A stretch of 64,000 nt of DNA from an uncultured Acidobacteriota bacterium (GTDB lineage: Bacteria > Actinomycetota > Acidimicrobiia > Spongiisociales > ZC4RG35), in the NCBI GenBank assembly GCA_963734115.1, contig CAVTFV010000006.1, forward strand, positions 227,122-291,121, read 5' to 3'. This document shows, in pieces, positions 58,701 through 64,000 of the stretch. The notes beneath the pieces were generated by a model. That model ran no database searches and had not been told where the DNA came from. It saw only the letters and a list, made by a program, of their open reading frames with translations. The position numbers and the translations under genes are program-made. Every line of letters begins with the position of its first letter. Position 1 is the first letter of the stretch.

Positions 58701-59518
58701 CATCTCCTCTCCGGGCTCCGCCGTGACTTCATGCTCCGGGGACGCAGTCTGAATCACCCGTCCCACGTGAAGGAAATGGTCCTGGAGCTGGCGAAGCATC
58801 TCCTCGCCCCGTTGGCCGGCAAAGGGCCCGATGCCGGTGATAGCCCCACCTCCCGACTTGGTCAGCTTGCCCTGGAACGCGATGGCTGCTGCTGTCGACC
58901 CAAGTCTCTCGGTGGTAGTGGCCCCGTCTGCGGGACAATGGATGCGGGCCGATCGCCAGGCTCGGCGATCTAAGCGGGTGAGTGTCGTGGCCGGGCCGAG
59001 ACTGGAGTACGCCGCCGCCGAGGCCGAGCGTGTCGCCGGGCTCTACGAAACGCCGGAGATCCTGGACGTGGACGGTGCCACGGTCGAAGCCGTGATCGAG
59101 ACAATGGGTCAATGCGATCGGTTCCACGCAGTGGCCCACACGAGGCTGAGGGACGACAACCCGATGTTCTCGGCACTGGAACTCGCTGACGGATACCTCA
59201 ATCTCTACGACCTCGAGGGGTTGGAGAGCGTCCCCGACACCGTCGTGCTGTCGGCCTGCGATTCCGCCCACGACAACGTCGTCGGAGGAAACGAGATGTA
59301 TGGCCTCACTTCCCTGCTCCTCTCCCGTGGGGCTCGGTCGATCATCGCAACGGTGGCGCCGATCCCGGACTCCCCTGATTCTGTGGAGGCCGTTGCCCGA
59401 ATTCATGAGAGTCTCAGCGCGGGTGCGTCTGCGGCGGCAGCTGTGCAGAGCGGCACAGACCGGTTTCGATGGTGCGGAGGTAGACCCCTCCCTGGCCTTC
59501 GTCGCCTACGGCGCTTGA
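55752..59518 (+). pseudogene. Large multidomain protein: acidic N-terminal region, subtilisin-like S8 serine peptidase, TPR-repeat region, C-terminal CHAT (caspase-like) domain (about 1250 aa); fragmented into about 9 frame segments
   Basis: Strong RBS GAGGAGGAGAAG at the ATG 55752. S8 catalytic motifs across segments: D-box VIVIDTGGNG, H-box GHGTFAAS, N-box AVVAASGNDG, S-box GTSFATP. TPR-like segments in ORFs 56790..57677, 57484..57840 and 57782..58447. CHAT N-lobe LYLYHVSDRT and catalytic region FHAVAHTRL...VLSACDSA (ORF 58831..59652). Probable end AFVAYGA* at 59518. Confidence 0.5.
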
Positions 59519-59525
59519 ACCAACA

Positions 59526-59560
59526 GGATGAGCCCCCCGCCACAGGCAAGGGGCTCATCC
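59526..59560 (+). terminator. Hairpin GGATGAGCCCC-N13-GGGGCTCATCC directly after the proposed stop of the S8-TPR-CHAT gene
   Basis: Perfect 11-bp stem. No U-tract. Confidence 0.4.
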
Positions 59561-59887
59561 ACTCCGTTAGCGAGGCCTGTGTGCCTCTGCCTTGTCACAT
59601 GGCGGGGCGAACAATGAGGCGTCGCAGGACCTGGGGCCGGTGCTTGACCTGAAGCCGGTTCTCCTTTGAGCGGTTGCCCAACCACCGCTGGACGGGGTTG
59701 TCGAGCTGCTCTCCGGGTCGAACCGTCCAAGCCCAGCGCCAAGTGGCTCTCGGGTCCTGGGGTTCGGACATGTTGCTCATGTCGCGCCTTTCCTCGCTCA
59801 CGGGCTCGTCGCCGGATGGCGACGATTCACTGAAGGAGAGGCATGGTCTCCGGCCGCTGATACCGGGAGTAGCGAATCAATCGAAGG

Positions 59888-60347
59888 TCAGAGGACGATC
59901 CACTCGGTCTTGACCGCTTCTTCACCCTCGATGCGGATGACGAATGCCACCGGCCCGTTGTAGACCCCTTCGAACTCAAAGCGGCCCTGGTCGTCGGACT
60001 CGGTCGTGAGAACCCTGGTGACGAGATGCAGCTCGACCGTCATGTGACCTGCTGGTTCGATCTGACCCATGAGCTGGCCGGCAGAACGGGTCGTACTCGA
60101 GGTCGATCAGCCATTCATCGGACTGGAAAGCGAGTATTCGCGCCGTGGCGACGCCGCGTACTCCCGTCGTAGCCGACTCCTCGCTCGAGTCGAACGAGAT
60201 TTGGGCCAACTCGGCGTCGATGTTGCGCCAAGAGAGGGCGGCCTTGGCGAAGTCGGTCACATCCGCAGGCGTCGGGTCGGATTCGTCGAATCCTCGCTTC
60301 AACAGCGAGACGAGATTCTCCTCTTGCTGGCTGGTCAACTCACTCAT
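59888..60347 (-). CDS. Putative sigma-factor partner protein (paralogue B): a ~60-aa N-terminal domain homologous to the upstream small gene, fused to a CarboxypepD_reg/transthyretin-like beta-sandwich; one frameshift near 60065
   Basis: ORF 59976..60347 (MSELTSQQEENLVSLLKRGFDESDPTPADVTDFAKAALSWRNIDAELAQISFD...) continues in ORF 59888..60070 (HMTVELHLVTRVLTTESDDQGRFEFEGVYNGPVAFVIRIEGEE). Confidence 0.45.
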
Positions 60348-60532
60348 CGGGGATCATCTCCTGGTTCGAACGCGTCAAAGGAGATGCGATCCAGCTCGGC
60401 ATCGATCGCACGCCATGAAAAAACCGCTTCGGCGAAAGCGGTCACATCCGCCGGCGGCTTGTCAGATCCGTCGAAGCCTTGCTGGAGAAGCAATACGAGC
60501 TCTTGCTCCTGTGGCTGTGTCGACTCCATCAC
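60344..60532 (-). CDS. Small protein (62 aa), paralogue A of the putative sigma-factor partner domain; translationally coupled to the sigma gene
   Basis: MMESTQPQEQELVLLLQQGFDGSDKPPADVTAFAEAVFSWRAIDAELDRISFDA is about 55% identical to the N-terminus of paralogue B. Overlaps the sigma stop and the next start. Confidence 0.5.
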   Translation of the reverse strand: MMESTQPQEQELVLLLQQGFDGSDKPPADVTAFAEAVFSWRAIDAELDRISFDAFEPGDDPR

Positions 60533-61125
60533 TGGTCATCACCTCCTGGTTGCAAAGAGTCGTCTCCTACGCCGCTGATACGCGCAGAAAGGGATGCTTT
60601 GAGACGTTCCAGACACCGCGATCTGGTGGGCCCCAGGCTCCCTATGGGACGACCGATGATCTCGGAGATCTCCTCGTAGCTGAGGGGTGGCTCGGTGGTG
60701 AGCAGACGGAGAAGCTGCTGACACTCGTCACTCAGGCTCCCGAAGGCGATGACGACCTCCCGAGCCTCCTCGTCTTCGACCAGCATCGATTCCAAAGAGG
60801 CCGATTCGTCGGGAACGTCGTACTGGAAATCGGTCGGTACGACCCGATCGCGCATCCCTTTCACCCGAAGCGCCTCGCGGCGACAGGTCGTCGCGAGCCA
60901 GCCGGGAAGCCGCTCCGGGTCGTCGATACGATGACAGTTCTCCACCAAGCGGAGCCAGACCGTCTGGCTGACGTCCTTGGCGGTGGCATCGTCGAGCCTG
61001 AAGCTTCGGGCGATCGACCAGACCATCTGGCCGAACCGATCGACCAACTCATTCCAGGCCGTTTGGTCACCGGAAGCAGCCATCGCCAGCAATTCACCAT
61101 GGGTGGCTTGCGACAGGGAGGCCAT
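60529..61125 (-). CDS. ECF-type sigma-70 factor (198 aa)
   Basis: Region 2 (MVWSIARSFRLDDATAKDVSQTVWLRLV) and region 4 (LSYEEISEIIGRPIGSLGPTRSRCLERL). Confidence 0.85.
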   Translation of the reverse strand: MASLSQATHGELLAMAASGDQTAWNELVDRFGQMVWSIARSFRLDDATAKDVSQTVWLRLVENCHRIDDPERLPGWLATTCRREALRVKGMRDRVVPTDFQYDVPDESASLESMLVEDEEAREVVIAFGSLSDECQQLLRLLTTEPPLSYEEISEIIGRPIGSLGPTRSRCLERLKASLSARISGVGDDSLQPGGDDQ

Positions 61126-61296
61126 CCGGTCAATCGTACGGACGGGGAGGGCCCGATCGGCCTCTAATAGGGGATTCTTTCTGTGGTGCGCGAAACGACC
61201 CCCGGGAAATCCCGGAGGTCGCTTCGCTTTCTGGCCCCCAATCGACCGTCGGTGTCAAGGCCCGACGGCCTCCCCCAGAGTCGGTATCGTCAGGGG

Positions 61297-61497
61297 TTAA
61301 CTGCAGGGATGCGGCCGGCGATCGACCTTGAACGACTCACGAATCGAGGTCAGACCCCGCCCGATCGCCTGGAACATCCGATCCTTGGCTCTGGGCTCAT
61401 CCGAGCGAGCGGCGTTCATGCGTCGGTGCTCGGCCGCCTCGGCCTGATAGCGCTGCATCTTCTCGAAAACCAGCGCCTCATTCATATAAAAGCTCAT
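61297..61497 (-). CDS. Small hypothetical protein (66 aa) with a strong RBS (GGAGGAGAGGACGAG-ATG) and unusually AT-rich 5-prime codons
   Basis: ORF plus Shine-Dalgarno only. No homology recognised. Confidence 0.3.
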   Translation of the reverse strand: MSFYMNEALVFEKMQRYQAEAAEHRRMNAARSDEPRAKDRMFQAIGRGLTSIRESFKVDRRPHPCS

Positions 61498-61569
61498 CTC
61501 GTCCTCTCCTCCACTCTGTGAACTTGCACACCGAGGAGAGACGATCGGACCAACCCTGATACAAGGACT

Positions 61570-62670
61570 TCAGCCGTTGGTTCTGATCACGATGAGGTTG
61601 TCAGCGGCCGACTCGGGGAACCACACTTCACCGGGTCGTCCCAGGATCTGGCGGACATTCCCCGGGTCGTGGGGCAGCACGTAGGTGTGGAACTGCTCGG
61701 TCGTCGGGTCGAAGCGGACCATGGAGTTCGACCCGAAATCACTCGCCCACACAATGTCCCGATCGTCGACGAACACGGCGTAGGTCTCGGGGCTGTCACC
61801 CGGGAGGTGCCACGTAGACCAGGTATCGGTGTCGGGGGTATACCGGCTCAGATTGCCCGCATTCCACTCACTGACCCATATCTGTCCCTGGGAATCGGAC
61901 CAAACCCTTCGCGCTCCTTGCTCGGGCGTGGGAGGCTCGATGACCGTGGCGGTGCGATCGGCCTCGATGCGGGCGATGTGAGACCCTGCCAGAGAGGCGT
62001 AATAGACAACCCCGTCCGGGGTGGTGGTGACTCCGTAGGGTCCCGGACCCTGCGGGGCGTCGAAGACGATCACCTCGCCCGTCCCCGGGTCGACGCATCC
62101 ATAGATCCCGTTTTGCCCGGTGAACCACAGCATGCCGTCGCCGTCGAAGCTGGCTGTGTTGAGGTTGGCATCGGGTCGGTCATCGGGAAGGGGATAAACC
62201 GTCACCTCGAGACTGACCGGATCGATAGCGACGATGGAGTTGAGCCCACCGTCGGTGACCCATGGCGTGCCTGCGTCGTCGACGATCACACCATGGGGAG
62301 CAGACCCCTCACCCAGAGGGGTGTGCCTTGTCTCCCCGGTGGCCGGGTTGAGCCATCCCAGCTCCCCGGTGTTCTGGGCCGTGTACCAGACCCCACCGCC
62401 GAGGGCCGGAGCGACGTCATGGGGACCGGATCCAGCCGGCACCGGGAATGACTCGAGGACCAACTCCTCGGGAGCCATCGTCGCAGGCTGGGTGGTCGGG
62501 GTGATCGTGGTTTCGGGCGCGGTGGTTTGTGTGGTGCTGGGCGCAGCGACTGTGGTCGTTGGAGCGAGGGAGGTCGTTCGAGCGACAGTCGGGGCAACCG
62601 TAGGATCGGCCGACCCGGTAGTGCAGGCCAATACCAAAACCATGATCAGCGCCGGCAACGAACGCCTCAT
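61570..62670 (-). CDS. Vgb-family (virginiamycin B lyase-like) beta-propeller lipoprotein (366 aa)
   Basis: Lipobox LVLACTTG plus a Thr/Pro-rich linker. Repeated propeller blades with GPHGV/GPYGV motifs (SGPHDVAPALGGGVWYT; GPGPYGVTTTPDGVVYY). Confidence 0.75.
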   Translation of the reverse strand: MRRSLPALIMVLVLACTTGSADPTVAPTVARTTSLAPTTTVAAPSTTQTTAPETTITPTTQPATMAPEELVLESFPVPAGSGPHDVAPALGGGVWYTAQNTGELGWLNPATGETRHTPLGEGSAPHGVIVDDAGTPWVTDGGLNSIVAIDPVSLEVTVYPLPDDRPDANLNTASFDGDGMLWFTGQNGIYGCVDPGTGEVIVFDAPQGPGPYGVTTTPDGVVYYASLAGSHIARIEADRTATVIEPPTPEQGARRVWSDSQGQIWVSEWNAGNLSRYTPDTDTWSTWHLPGDSPETYAVFVDDRDIVWASDFGSNSMVRFDPTTEQFHTYVLPHDPGNVRQILGRPGEVWFPESAADNLIVIRTNG

Positions 62671-62679
62671 GACCTCAGC

Positions 62680-63390
62680 CTATGCCGCCTCCCTGATGAG
62701 ACGAACCGCTTCCTCCACCCCACCGCTCCATGGCGCCCCATGTCCGGGCAGGACCCATTTTGCCGGTAACTTCTCAAGGCGATCGAGTGAGGCGAGCGCC
62801 TGTTCGGTGTCGAGGGTGAAAGGCGCCGGCTGGGGCCCGACGGCGCCGGTCAGAACGTGGCCTGTGGTCAACGCGTCTCCCACGAAGACTGCATCGACCG
62901 TCGGGACATGGAAGGCGACACTCCCCGGGGTGTGACCGGGGATATGGATCACCACGGGTGAACCGGGCAAGTCCAGCACCTGACCATCGGCGAAGGTGAC
63001 CACCTCGGAGACGGGGGTGACCTTCAGCCCACCCCGACGGCCGCTGTACCAGATGAACCGAGTGAGTGGGCCGATCTTGACCTTGCCCCAGGAGATGTCC
63101 TTCTTCACCTCGCCACGGGCCCGTGTGGCGTCGAGCTCGTGGACCAAGATGGGGACTCCCCGCTCCCGACGGAGACGCTCCGCGAACCCGATGTGATCGG
63201 TGTCGCCATGGGTGAGGATGACGGCACGTACATCGCCCAGGGAGCGCCCCATGGCGGTCAGCTCGGGCTCGAGCTCGTCCCAGAGACCGGGGAGCCCGGC
63301 ATCGACGATCGTGACCCCGCCGGCGTCCTCGACCAGATACACGTTGACCAGGTCGGAACCGATGCGATGCAGTGACGGCGCCAGTTTCAT
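62680..63390 (-). CDS. MBL-fold metallo-hydrolase (236 aa)
   Basis: HxHxDH motif ILTHGDTDH. Downstream metal ligands (HIPGHTPGS; LPGHG). Confidence 0.85.
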   Translation of the reverse strand: MKLAPSLHRIGSDLVNVYLVEDAGGVTIVDAGLPGLWDELEPELTAMGRSLGDVRAVILTHGDTDHIGFAERLRRERGVPILVHELDATRARGEVKKDISWGKVKIGPLTRFIWYSGRRGGLKVTPVSEVVTFADGQVLDLPGSPVVIHIPGHTPGSVAFHVPTVDAVFVGDALTTGHVLTGAVGPQPAPFTLDTEQALASLDRLEKLPAKWVLPGHGAPWSGGVEEAVRLIREAA

Positions 63391-63420
63391 CGAGACAGCC
63401 TAAGCAGCCTCGAAATGGGT

Positions 63421-64000
63421 TCAGTAGGCGTTGGCGACCATCAGCTCCTCGCAGGGGAAGAGAGTGATGACCTTGGCGCCGTCGGCGGTCACGACGAGCT
63501 CCTCTTCGATGCGGGCTGCGGAGCGCCCATCGGCCGCCGGTGCGTATGTCTCGAGGGCGAACACCATCCCCTCCTGGATCTCGATGGGGGCATCGATCGA
63601 GTTGAGACGGCTGATGATCGGCCGTTCGTGGAGGCCAACCCCCACCCCGTGGCCGAATTGGAGCCCGAAGGCATCCATCTCGTTCTCGAACCCGAATTCC
63701 TCGGCCTTGGGCCAAACCTTGGCGATTTCGTCGGTGCTGGCGCCCGGCTTGACCAGTTCGATTGCTGCGTCCATCCACTCCCGGGACTGCTTGAAGGCGT
63801 CCCGTTGCGCCTGGGTGGCCCGACCCACCACGAATGTGCGGTAGTAACACGTGCGGTAGCCGTTGAAGACGTGGATGATGTCGAAATACGCCTGGTCGCC
63901 CGGTCGGATCAATCGGTCGGAGAACACATGCGGGTGCGGGCTGCATCTCTCACCGGCGATCGAGTTGATGGCCTCGACGAACTCCGAGCCCATCTCGAAG
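63421..64000 (-). CDS. M24-family metallopeptidase (Xaa-Pro aminopeptidase/creatinase-like), C-terminal part; gene start lies beyond the window
   Basis: Pita-bread fold metal-ligand region (HGVGVGLHE; MVFALET). Frame open to the right edge. Confidence 0.7.
   Translation of the reverse strand, partial: FEMGSEFVEAINSIAGERCSPHPHVFSDRLIRPGDQAYFDIIHVFNGYRTCYYRTFVVGRATQAQRDAFKQSREWMDAAIELVKPGASTDEIAKVWPKAEEFGFENEMDAFGLQFGHGVGVGLHERPIISRLNSIDAPIEIQEGMVFALETYAPAADGRSAARIEEELVVTADGAKVITLFPCEELMVANAY

Noticed and set aside
59595-59801. 68-aa minus-strand ORF between the CHAT gene and the sigma-partner gene
   Set aside because: Trp/Arg-rich and no RBS, so likely non-coding.
1-64000. Search for rRNA, tRNA, CRISPR repeats, integrase/transposase or prophage genes
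   Set aside because: None recognised. The only repeats are intragenic tandem duplications (6903-6992; 55004-55260) and gene-level paralogues. tRNAs cannot be fully excluded without a covariance-model scan.

Overview
High-GC (about 68%) actinobacterial-type chromosomal window dominated by nitrogen-compound catabolism and uptake. No rRNA, tRNA, CRISPR array, transposase or integrase was recognised by reading the sequence.

Gene content, in order:
- Left end: a partial GNAT gene, small membrane and secreted proteins, a BNR-like gene, a SAM-methyltransferase and an ECF sigma with an anti-sigma carrying GerMN/Gmad2 domains.
- A tandem pair of secreted acidic low-complexity proteins, then an OmpR-type two-component system.
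- A divergent cAMP module: a cNMP-binding protein facing a 1143-aa double-zinc-ribbon/adenylate-cyclase/AAA/TPR protein.
- A gamma-glutamylation ethanolamine-utilisation cluster (glutamine-synthetase-like ligase, SDR, aldehyde dehydrogenase, class I glutamine amidotransferase, ethanolamine permease), with an AbiEi/DUF559 gene embedded in it.
- A crotonase/NDP-forming acyl-CoA synthetase operon facing a TetR regulator.
- A PotABCD-like polyamine ABC transporter interrupted by GNAT and WYL-regulator genes.
- A large amine/quaternary-amine catabolic block: class III aminotransferase, two Rieske oxygenase alpha subunits, DUF1801, acyl-CoA dehydrogenase, aldehyde dehydrogenase, flavin amine oxidase, CocE/NonD hydrolase and monomeric sarcosine oxidase.
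- A TPR-histidine kinase, a DppABCDF-like operon, a T-protein-family aminomethyltransferase with an FAD oxidoreductase, a lipoprotein and a PPOX/F420 enzyme.
- A striking locus: a membrane protein with 41-aa tandem repeats, then a roughly 3.8-kb gene encoding a subtilase (S8) + TPR + CHAT caspase-like multi-domain protein, convergent with an ECF sigma and two tandemly duplicated small partner genes.
- Right end: a Vgb-lyase-like lipoprotein, an MBL hydrolase and a partial M24 peptidase.

Two global observations:
- About 35 apparent +/-1 frameshifts, clustered in specific genes while long neighbours are intact. This means either pseudogenes or local sequence error.
- A recurring 16-bp palindrome, CTGAAC-N4-GTTCAG, in six promoter regions including that of the TetR gene, predicting a TetR-controlled catabolic regulon.
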